Shown here: positions 49,001 through 61,000 of the stretch, piece after piece | Layout of the letters: each line of letters opens with the position of its first letter | How positions within the stretch are numbered: the first letter of the stretch is position 1 | DNA from: Leucoraja erinacea | Taxonomy: Eukaryota | Length of the DNA: 64,000 nt | Assembly (NCBI RefSeq): GCF_028641065.1 | Contig: NC_073414.1 | Coordinates: forward strand, 5,828,001-5,892,000 | Direction: 5' to 3' | Position numbers and translations under genes: made by a program | Notes under the pieces: model-generated | The model's input: the letters and a program-made list of their open reading frames with translations, nothing else | The model's database searches: none | What the model was told of the DNA's origin: nothing

Positions 49001-52000
49001 CAGTGTGTGCATTGTAATAGGAAACCAGAGACCGGGGAGAAGGGGTGTGTGGGCAGGCTGTGAAATGTTGTAGTAATGGAGGGGAGGAGAGGATGTCTCT
49101 AAAATCATTCCTTCCTTCACTGATGGCATAATTCAGAAGATTAAATATTTATGTTTATATCCAACAGTTCACCCATAACATGTTTAACCTGTTCCATAGC
49201 TGTGGAGAATGTTTGGTTTTTATGTTGCCAATATCTTCATTGTAGAATAAAATCAATGCCTTTACAGGAAATTTATCTCAATGTTTTTGTAGTGTTTTAC
49301 TAGATTTGTGATTTGTATATTATGTTTTAGGCTTCCAAGAATAATTCCAACCAACCACCCGTCGAACAGATTAGTTCACCAGTTCATGTTGTGATGGATG
49401 TAGAAAAAAATTCATCGTCACCCGTAAAGTCCTCTGGTGTAACCAGTTGCACTGCCTCCCCACCCAATAGCGTGACTAGTAAGTAAATACTCTTGGTTCA
49501 CTACCTGTATTTGAGTGCCTTTCATCCTATCTTTTCATAACAGTCATTTCAATTCAGGTGGTAGCTTTTTAAAGCCGAATGAAATCTCCAAAACATCTTT
49601 GAATATACCTCATTAAAGTGATTAATACTCTGAACTTGCTTCAAAGTCTTCCTTCTACATTTGTGTATTCAGCAGCTCTATGATGTGCAGAAGTGTAATG
49701 GATTATTTTTCCAAGTTACTGGCATTTGATATAGGACGCTACATCTAAGGTTATTGTGAAAAATAAAAGCCTACAGTTTAAGGATAGAAGATTGACTTTC
49801 ATTAAGTTGGTACTAGATTTTTTTTCTTCTTCACTGTGATGCAGAACAGGATGACTGAGAAATAAATTTGCCTACTTGTGGTCTGCTTGTTTTTTGTTTT
49901 AAAATTCTCTCATTTTATTGTTTGATGGCAGAATTTTTAGTAATGGACACAAGAAACTGCAGATGCCTGAATCTTGAGCAAAAAAGTAAGGTGCTGGAGA
50001 AACTCAGTGGGTTAAGCAGCATCTGTGGATGGAATGGACATATTACGTTTTCTGACTCAAAGTTAGAAGAATGTTCCTGACCCAACGTCATCTGTCCATT
50101 GCTTCCGCAGATGCTGCGTGATCCGCTGAGTTCCTCCAGCACTTTATTTTTTGCTCAGTATTATATAATAGTTTGAGTGGAGAATTGCCCCTTCAGACAC
50201 CTCTCCTTTTTACGCAATGACGTATTCTGGCACGTTCGATGCTGGGCTGGGAGATAAAAAGCAATGCAAGATGTTCTGTGGTCCTTGAACAAGCATGATT
50301 GACAGATCAATTCTTCTCTCCTCCTGTATATTTGCTTTCTCATTTGAGCAATTTCCTCTGTTTAATTAATCACATCATGCTGCTAACATCTGAATATCAG
50401 TAGTGAATCAGTTACATAATACATGAAACAAACCCATAACATGTAATATAATCTTTAGTACCAGCAAATTAATGTAAATGTTCGTATACAGTAATTAGAT
50501 ACTTCACATTCATATTTCATCTTTTCTGCAGCAGAAGATAAAGCTCAATCACTTCCCGTGTCGATAGACCAGAAAAAGGAAGATGTCTTCACTGCAACTA
50601 CTGACGCTACGGTGAAAAATGTTCCCAAAGCCCCCACCTCTTCTAATAAATCTGCCGTCACTACATTCCAGAAAATTGGGGCTTTGAGTAAAGTGATAAC
50701 CAGAACAACTCTAACACCTACTTCAAGCTGCTTTGTGAATCCTGTTGCATCACAAAATAAAATTGAAACCTCATCTACTCCAATCCGTTACCTTTTGTGT
50801 AAGACCAATTCTTCTGGATTGTCTTTAGGTAGGCTTGATATTCATGATTTCTAATCATATTTGCTATCATGTAATCTATTAATGTGTTATTTGTTCTATA
50901 TGATAACTTTAAAGTTTGACTCATGCAGAACTAACAAAAGATATGGCATGTAGAGGAATAAGAGGATTTCAGATGGACACATGGAAGTGCAAGAAATAGA
51001 GGAATAAGGATCATGTACAGGCAGATGAGATCAGCTTAACTTGGCATCATGTTTGGCGCAAACATTGTGGGCTGAAGGGCTCATTGCTGTGCTGTACTGT
51101 TCTATGTCCTATAAGTGTTTGGGTATTTCTATTTCTCAATCAAAAACACCATGAAACCGATCTGAAAAATCTTGAGTTCAAATAGACATGCTAATTTGGC
51201 CACAACATGATGTAATCCTTGCATTAAATTGGTGATCTAGGTTTTGTCGGATAAATAACAGCTAACCTTCTGATAGTTTCCATTACTTCCCACATGAAAT
51301 GGCAACGTTTGGGATTTTATGTGTATCTAAACTTTAAAACTATTTTTCAAAAGTTTCTGATGATTATTTTGCTATATGCAGCCAACTCCTATAAAACAAG
51401 AACAATTAGTTCAATCAGCATAAATTTCATTTTTTATAACGCAGCCCTGCTATCTTCTTCTTTCGTGTGACGTGCACAGCCTAAAGTTGGTGGACAACTT
51501 GTTCTATTTGATCTTCCATTTGTGCACGTCGAGTTGATTGCATTAGTCGAAACAGGGCGGACCACGTGAAAGTTGCAATCTGCCACCCCAGCCCTTCTAT
51601 TACATATACCGACAACTTTGATGCATGATGTTCGCTTTTAATAGCATGTTATTTTGTAATGGCTGTACAGAAGATGTAGCAACAGAATATTTTTTCACGT
51701 CTAGTGTTCGCAAGTTCATAAGTAATAGGAGCAGAATTATGCCATTCGGTCCATCAATGGCCCTTTGCCATTCCATCATGACTGATCTATCTATCTCTCC
51801 CTCCTAACTCAATTCTTGGACCTTCTCCCCATACCCCTGACACCTGTACGAAAATATCTAATGAGTAATTTGAATAGTAGTGACTTTTTTAATAAACATT
51901 TGTAATATTGCATATGACCTTAGTTTTATACAATTTTTTTAGTACGTTGGGTACTATTTCTGGCTTCCTGGCTCTGAGAATGTATTAATATAATTGGCTG

Positions 52001-55000
52001 GTCATCCATTTTACCAGCTTTTGGCCACACTGACCCATTTGAACACGATGTACTAATTTCCCAAAGCAAAATAGTGCAGTGTGGGAACTTAAATAAAAAC
52101 ACATACTATGGATTAGGGAACATCTGGGGCAAAATAAATAATTGACATTTCAGATTGATGATTGTTAATCCCAAACACACTGTGTGCATCTTTCACTATT
52201 GTATTGATTTTGAATGATATACGACTTTCCTGAGTCTTGAATTAAAAGGAACTAAAATGCTCTGACATTTATTTCACTATCATAACCTTGAAAATGCATT
52301 GGCGTGAGTAGGAAAAAGAATGTTTTTTCCTCAGAAGATGTCTACCGTGGAAAAATTACGTGAATTGTTGGCTTCTCCTGTAGTTTTTTTTTAATGGTTC
52401 ATCTTTCTGTTAGGACCAACTGACTCTCTTGATCAAGATGGCCGACAGTGCTCCGTCGCCCTCCCAAGCACCTTGAAGCTACAGCCAGGAGAAAATCTAA
52501 TGCTTCGGCCTGTTAAGTCTGCAGATGGCCGACAGTTATATAAACACTCCAGTGGGAAAGTATTCCAACTAGTTTACACCAAGCCTCCAGGACGAGTCCC
52601 AGTTCAACAGTCTGACAACCCTCAATCATCCATTCTAGGTATGTAATGTAGATATGCGCAGAGTATTCAGTACTAGAGTTACTGTGTGGTCAGGCAGCAG
52701 CCCTGAAGAACATGGATAGGTGGTATTTTGGGTTGGGACCTTTCTTGAGTCTGAAGAAGTGCCCCGACCCGAAATGTCACTTATCTGTGTTCTCCAGAGA
52801 AGCTGTCTGATCTATTGAGTTACTCCAGCAATTTGTGTCTCTTTTTGTATAAAATAGCATCTGCAGTTCCTTGTATCTCCAGAATATTTAGTACTGCTGA
52901 GTTGTATTTGCTGCTCAAAGTCTATCTAGGCTTGCTTTTGGTAACCCCCTTACTATAATAATTAGGGAAAAGCTATGATTGTCCAAAGTGTGATATCAGA
53001 ATAGTACACCTTGATATTTTTAACCACCAAACTAACATAGTGGGAAATTATAGCCATAGAATATTATGCAAGGAATAATATAGGGAAGGTTCTTAATGTC
53101 TCAATGTGTAAATGCATTATAGGTATGGAATACCTGATAAGTCTAGATGCAGTGAAGTCGGCAAAAAAGGTACTACTCGTGATTAATTATAAGATCCCTT
53201 GAGGGAAAAATGTGATAGACACAAGGAACTGCAGGTGCTGGTTTACAACAAACAACAAAAAAGACACGAAGTGCTGGAGTAAGTCAGCAGGCCAGACAGC
53301 AGCTCTGAATGACACCTCCCCCCCCCCCCCCAGTAGTAATTTTTTTTAAATGCCTGGCACCTTCATGCTTGTGAACATTTCATAGTTGCTGGGGAATCTT
53401 AGACCTTTACCTGATTGTTCTTTTTAACTGCTGATTTAATTGTAATTTGATAATATGTTTGCGATTTTACAACGTGGTTCACAATGCATTGCCTCACAAA
53501 TCAAAGATCCAACGATTGGTCTAACTTCCAGCGGCGGGGTGAATTACGAATTATTACTTTGAATGAAAGTTTTGTTAGAGCACATCAGTTGCCAAACAGA
53601 ATGGTCTTTCATCTTTTTTGAGGATTTCACATGCAGTGTGTCCTTTTGTATGATGGTTGCAGGTTAATTGTTTATTTAAATAATACTTTGACCATTGCCA
53701 TACAGTCTAGACAGAATTGTTGAAGATTAGTATTGTTTTAATTCCAGGAAGCTCTCCACCGGTCGATGTGCTTGCACCTTCTACTGCTGCTGTCAAAGGT
53801 GATGGTAACACTCCTCGTTGCAAAACGGCTGCTACAAGTTCCGAATCGTACACTAAAAACAGTGTGGAAAGCAGTGCTGGGACAGGTTTATCCACCTCTT
53901 TATCTTCGTGTGACGTTGTCACCCGTGATGGAGCACCGCCACAAATTCAGAGTAGCTCTAAAGCTTGGAATATGGTGGATGAAGTTTCTTCACTCCAATC
54001 ACTACATCCCTTTCCAGAAGACACCACAACAGAGGTCAAACAACACAACAGACCACATACTATCATTCCAAGGGCTGATTGCCAGTCCAAACCAAATAGT
54101 GATGAATTAAACAATGATACACCTGACTTAAAAATGGAAATTGATCCATTGAAATTACCTGAGCCAGAAGAATACAATGAAAGCCCTGGTACTGTCGAAG
54201 GTTTTCCTATGAAAAATAGAGGCATTACTGTCACTGGAACTTACGAAACAAAATGGGCACCTGAGATTGAGGAGGATCACAAAACGACTGATCACGCATT
54301 ACAATTTAAATGTGACCTTGATGTCCACAACTCCAGAAAAACCCTCGTTAAGATGGAGAAGGAGGTGTCGGAAATAAATTCCTCTGAGCTGGTTGATCCT
54401 GACAGTTCTGAAATATGTGCCGTGACGGTTAAAGAGGAACCTTTGAATGAAGAGGAAGGCAATAGTTTTACCACGTTAAGAGAAGATACGTTTAGAAGCT
54501 CCAAGCTCTGGAACCGATCATTCAATTTAAATACAGAAGCTGTGACTGAGGCAGAATTGGGGGTAGAGGTATGTATAGATGAATAAATACTTCTGAAGAA
54601 ACAAATTATTTTTACCAGACATTGGCTTTACCATCATGGCAATGGAAATGAAAGCTGGAAAACTAAATGGATTAAGGATTATATTTCTGTGGCAATGCCT
54701 TTGACTTAAAAATTAAGTGCTTGTTGCACACAAAATAGTTGTGGATATTTAGGTGGTAAATATTTTCAGTTTAGTGGTGGTTAAACAAATGTTGTCAAGC
54801 ACACATCTACTCAATGGAGAGTTATTTCCCTCACCCATGGGGGATATGAGGAGGAGGGGGGTGGGGGGTTGGTTGCAGCTTATCAGAAGGTGATGTGGGT
54901 TTTTTAAACCCTCCTAGTCTGATTCCATTTTTGTTTGGTCCCCAGTCAAGTCAAGAGAGTTTATTGTCATGTGTCCCAGATAGGACAATGAGATTCTTGC

Positions 55001-58000
55001 TTGCTGCAGTACAACGGAATAGAGAAGGCATAAATACAGAACAGATCAGTGTGTCCATATACCATAAATACACACACACACACACACGCACACACACACA
55101 CACACACACTGATAAAGTGCAATAGGCTGTTATAGTTCGGAGTTTGTTTGAAGTTCTGTTTAATAGTCTGATGGCTGTGGGGAAGAAGCTGCTCCTGAAC
55201 CTGGATGTTGCAGATTTCAGGCTCCTGTACCTTCTACCTGATGGCAGCGGAGAGATGAGTGTGTGGCCAGGATGGTGTGGGTCCTTGATGATGTTGGCAG
55301 CCTTTTTGAGGCAGCGACTGCGATAGATCCCCTCGACGGTAGGGAGGTCAGAGCCGATGATGGACATGTAAAGTTTGGTCCCCACACCAATTCCTGTTCT
55401 CTTTTGAGCAATCATCCGAAACTTCTGTGACTGAGACACTTTCAAGCTCATTAAATAAGGAGACATGCCAGAGCAAGGATGTAGTCAGAGTTAGTCATGA
55501 GCTTCAGATAAATATACGATGCACTTCATTTACTGAGCAGAGTCAGTAACCTTTATGGATTTACCAGTATGCTGAAGCAATTGGATGGCTTTATTTAGGA
55601 TTTTAGATTGGTTTATCAGTTGTGGGGGGAGGGGGGGTAGCATGTTGTGATATAGCTATTAATGAAAATTACGAATTTTTTTTTTGTGGGGCATTTTGTA
55701 TTCAGTCAACCAAATTCATTCAGGTAGGAAGTGAAGTTGGTGAGAACGGGAGAGAATTATAAAATAATTGTATCTTGGAGGATGGATGTCCTCTCACAAA
55801 ATAAGAAGACATTTCAAGCAACTTAGATGGTGAAGCTGGCAGACACTTACCACCTAAATCAGTAGAACTGCCAGTTTTCTTTCCCCATAAATGCTTGAAT
55901 CTGTTTGTCATGTGGTAGATTAGCCAGGACATGATCACTGCAATGTCCCACTCCCAATTCCTTGGGCGGCAGCAACTCCTTCAGTGCAGATCCTGAGGAG
56001 ATCTATACATTTGTCTTACTCATTTCAAGAGATCTTCCACAATGCCACATCGCAGAAGATGCTGTTAAGCTTCATGAACTGTTAGCAGAATCGCTGGGGA
56101 AATATCAGTTTAAATGATGCTGCGACTAGTTTTAAGTTGCTGTACATGAGACTTCTTGCAAGCATTTGACATTTTGAAGAATATCTTCCATCTGGGTATT
56201 TGTTTTTTCTGCCACATCTATAACTACTGTGAGTTATTCTTTCCCTGGTAGACAAAAGTGCTGGAGAAACTCAGCGGGTGCAGCAGCATCTATGGAGCGA
56301 AGGAAATGGGCAACGTTTCGGCCCGAAACGTTGCCTATTTCCTTCGCTCCATAGATGCTGCTGTACCTGCTGAGTTTCTCCAGCACTTTTGTCTACCTTT
56401 GATTTTCCAGCACCTGCAGTTCCTTCTTAAACAGTTATTCTTTCCCTTGCAGACTCATTCCAATAGTAGAAGTAGAGTTGGATTTGGAAATCTGATGTCC
56501 AAATCAGCGATACCACGAAATTCATCAACTGACAGTAAACTGGATGTGCCACACAGGTCAGTAACAGTAAGGAGCAATGAAAGTTCCAACTTAAATCTCT
56601 ATTATACTAAAACTCTTCCCTTTGTGCTTAAGATTCTAAATGTCTGTGTGAGCCAGGGTTGTGTTGGCTTACTTTTAACTCCTTAATTTGTATCTTCTTC
56701 CAAACGCTTGGCCACAGCCTTCCCTTTTTCACACATGCTACTCACAATTTCTCTGCCGACAGGATACATATCTTCCCGTTGCATTTCAACCTATATTTAA
56801 CACATTTTACAAACAGCTTCAAATGATTAAAGTTTTCAACGTTCTCATTTAGAAGGAAAAAATTCCGACTGATGTCACAGTCGACTCCCAAGTCACGGCG
56901 GGACACTCCACGCGGGAGGGGCACTCAAGCGCTTCATACACAAAAAAATTCTGACTGCCGTCAGAACGGGACACTTCGCGCGGGAAGGTCACTCAAGCGC
57001 TTAAAACACACGAAAAAAATCAATCCACTCGCAAGTCGGGTCCTCGGGTCGACACCCGCTGCCTCGCTCGGGTCCACGCCCGCCCGCTGCCTGGTGGGGA
57101 GGCGGTTGCCGTGAGCCGAGCCTGGCGACTGGGCCTGGGCTGGAGCTGGAGTGAGGGCCGAGCTCGAGGCTTGGGATGGGGCCGTGACCGGCACCGAAAA
57201 AGAAGCCGCCGGTGCATCCAAGGACAAGCCGGGGTCAGGGACCAGCCCGGAGATAAGTTGGGGCCTGGACTGGAGACCATGTAGCGGCCGAGCTGACAGC
57301 TGAAGTCTACAGCCAGGGCCGGGCTGAGTACGAGAGCCAGGCCGAGTTCCAGGCCCTGGCGCTGCTCTACGACCTTCATAGGTGCTGCGGCAGGGAATGG
57401 GAGTGAGGAGAAGAGGATGAGGGAAATGAGGAGGAGGGAGATAGGCTGGGGCTCTGCCCCCCTCCCTCTCTGCCCCCCTCCCTCTCTGCCCCCCCCCCTG
57501 CCCCCCTCCCTCTGCCCCTCCCTCTGCCCCCTCCCCCCCCCCCCCTCTCCCTGCCCCTCACCCTCTCTCCCTCTCTGCTCCAATGGTTCCTGGTTCCTAT
57601 TTGGTCTAGTCTATTATAAAGAGCAGTCTAGCGAAAGTAAACCTGAAGTAGTGTTTCAGCCTAGGATAGGTATCAGGATTTGTAATGGGTATAGATGTAT
57701 TTACATGTGGCCTGATCAGTGGCTGGAAAGGATTTCCAGAATATTGAGCACATTGAAGAGGGAGCCAGATGTCATAATGATGTTGGTGGATTTGTATTCC
57801 ACAAAGATGCAACCAAATAGGATGGAAACTCTTTAAAATAATCTATAATGTGTAATCCCCCTATTTATTGTATGTACTGAGAGGGTGATATTGATCATAA
57901 ACCTCTTGTAAATAAGTTTCCATGTGAGTTTTAAAATTTTACCTTCAGTGGCACAGTTGAAAGGATGTTTGGTTGCAAGTAACATGATGGTTATCTCTGC

Positions 58001-61000
58001 AAATAATTTGACGAGATTTTATTAATTAAAGCAATGATATCTAATATCTTGGCTAAATTCATTGGGCAGTAAATTGCAGGCAATAGCAATTGACCTAAAC
58101 TCAATTTTGACCTAAATGCTAAGTCTTCTCTCAGATATGTGGGAATAAGGGAATTTCCTGGAGAAATCTGTTCCTAACGTCATTTGAGAAGCTTGTGCGA
58201 TGTAGATTTGTCATGTCATGAGGTGCACAATTACTGATAACAGTTTGAGCAGTTGGCTAAGCCTTAATTACCATACCATCAAAGCTGAATATTTTTGATA
58301 AACCGATGTTTTAACAAAAATTCTATGATTTGGGAAAAAGACTTTACAAATATTACCAAACTTGAATAAAGATCAACTTGATTAAATATCTGATATTCAA
58401 ACAAATATAAATTGACAGACACCTTGATATCTGATGGATGTTCTTCACCATTGAAATGAATGGAGATGTTCTGATGTTAGTTGAAACTAGCTCGGATCAT
58501 TGAGGTATTTTTGTAATGCCCCCAATTTATTTCAACTTCCCTTCAACTTGACCCCACTCCCAAAATTCCTACCTGAATTAAGACCTGTCCTTGTATCTCT
58601 TCCCTCTACTTCATCCAAGGACCCCAACAGTCCTTCCAGGTGAGACAAAGATATACATGCACCTCATCTAACCTCAAGTGTAGACTTGGTGACCGTTTCG
58701 TTAAACACTTGCGCTCGGTCCGCTGAGGCCTACTGGATCTCCTGGCTGCCAACCATTTTAACTCCCATTCCCATACTGGCCTTTCCTCCATTTCTTAAAA
58801 CGCCTCTCTTTCTTCACCCCCCCCCCCCGCTATAAGTCCATTAAGTAGTTTGCAGTTCACAACTACCGTATTTCTGCGAATTTGACACCCCTGGCCTAAA
58901 GGAAGCGTTTCAGTACAAAAAGGCAATCCAATCAGAAGCGACGACGCGTTAGCACGGGGATTTTCTCCATTTCAAACACCTGGTCTAGGTAGGAGCTGTG
59001 TAAATTCTGTTTAAGTTGTTTAACTCTGTAAATTGTTTAACACAGTACATTGTTTAACACTGTCAATTGTTCAAATGTATTATGGCATTTGCGAAAAAAA
59101 GGCTTTCTTACACCATTGGCTACAAGTTGAAAGTTATTGGATATGCCAAAGAACATGGCAACAGGGCTGCTGAGAGACGTTTTGGACCACCGCCAACTGA
59201 GAAAATGATCCGTTATTGGAGGAAGCAAGAGGACCTGTTGAAGCCTGTGATGAGATTTAAACGTAGCCTACATTGCTCTGCAGCAAAGTGGCCAGAACTT
59301 GAGGAAGAAATTAAGAATTGGATAGATGAGGAGAGAAATGCGGGCAAGTCAGTGTCAGCAATTACTATTATTAACGAATCAAAGTTGAGGGCAGCTGCAC
59401 AAGGTCTGGATGATTTTCAAGGCACGTCAAGTTGGTGCTAGAGATTTATGAAGAGAAATGGACTTTCAATGAGAACTAAAACAAGAACTGTTCAAAAGAT
59501 GCCTGAAGATTATGAAAAGAAAATCAATGCATTTCATAGCTTCATAATCAATGCAAGAAAAGAGAATGACTATGAACTGGGACAAATTGGAAACATGGAT
59601 GAGGTGCTGTTAACGTTTGATCTAATGTCAAATGAGACGGGGGATATCAAAGGCTCCAAATCAATAATTGTAAAGACGTCTGGACACGAGAGAACCCACT
59701 ACACTGCAGTGCTATCATGTTGTGCGGATGGGACTAAATTACCACCACTACTCATTTTTAAGAGGAAAACCATGCCAAAAGACACAATTCCACCTGGGAT
59801 TATTATCCACGTGCATCCAAAGGGATGCATGGATGGGGATGGAACGAAGCTATGGTTGGATAAGGTCTGGTCACGGCGTCCCGATAGCCACATTAAAAAA
59901 CCATCCCTACTTGTGTGGGACCAGTTTCGGGCTCACCTATCTATGGCTACGAAAGAAAGGCTAAAAAGAGGGAGGTCGAAAATGGCAGTGATCCCTGGTG
60001 GATTAGCTTGCCAACTTCAGCCTTTGGACGTATCCATCAACAAGCCCTTTAAATTGTTTATGAAAGAGGAATGGAATCAGTGGATGAGGAGCAAAAACCA
60101 TGATCTAACAAAAACAGGTTGTTTGAAAAGGCCATCCATTGCTCAGGTGTGTGAGTGGGTTTTAAAATCGTGGACCCGTGTTAAGACCGAAATTGTCGTC
60201 AAAGCTTTTAAAAAATGTGGCATCAGTAACGCGTTGGATGGCTCAGAAGACGACTATCTCTTTGACGATAGTGATGCTTTGAACAGCAGTGATGACCCTG
60301 ATGAATTACCGGTAGCCTTTGCAGATTCGGAAGATAGTAGTGAATATTCCGGATTTGAAGATTAAAATGTTTTTCATTTTTGTAATCTCTGTAATCTTTG
60401 TTCCGTGCACAATTAAATGTGATCTTTTCCAACCGCTGTGTTTTTTTATTACCGCACCGGTATATACATTATCTGTGTTTTGTACTGGAAATGGCCGCGA
60501 ATGGAAATGGCTGCCACCATGGTAAATGGAAATGGCCCCTACCATGGTGAATGGAAATGGTGGTCACCATGGTGAATGGAAATGGCCGCCACCATGGCGA
60601 ATGGAAATGTCTGTTTTATTTATTTTTTAATTAGCGACTTCACAAATCCCTCCTGGATTCACATCTGTTTCTATATTTAACCTTTGTCCAAAAATATTCC
60701 TGTCAAGGAACCTCCTTGCCTGGGGTTGTCTGTGGTCAGTCGTGCTTTGTCCTGCCTCTTTCCCCCCCCCCACTCCCCCAACTATAACCAGTCTGATGCA
60801 GGGTCCTGACCCGGAAGGTCATCTCATTTTCCCCCAGTGATGGTGTCTGACCCACTGAACTACTCCAGCATTTTGTGTCTATCCTCAATAGCTTTCTCTG
60901 CAGTCTTCTCTCCAGCTCACTTCCTATGCGGTCTTCACTCTGCAGAATTGTGAAACCTCAGAGAAATTACCTTTTCTGTCTCACCTTAAACTATGGTTTA

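Larger units (their letters stand above)
58866..60640 (+). mobile_element. pogo-superfamily DD35D (Passer/POGK-related) DNA transposon, left TIR present, right TIR not found
   Basis: TA-CCGTATTT left end at 58864-58873, CCAAT box at ~58928, transposase 59082-60365, and a 25-bp tandem array downstream. Confidence 0.85.

Noticed and set aside
56872-57583. GC-rich ORFs in MGA-like intron
   Set aside because: They fall in a repeat-like GC-rich insertion with a C-rich simple repeat and show no recognisable protein similarity.
56556-59100. Host-transposase fusion (MGA-like exon spliced into pogo ORF)
   Set aside because: The nearest acceptor-like AG (59045) is out of frame with the phase-2 donor at 56556, and an in-frame TAA at 59055 precedes the transposase ATG.
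59439-59441. Programmed readthrough of the transposase TAG
   Set aside because: The context TAG-AGA is not a known readthrough motif. A simple nonsense mutation or base error is more parsimonious.
60487-60609. CRISPR-like array
   Set aside because: Direct tandem units without unique spacers, a eukaryotic context and no cas genes.
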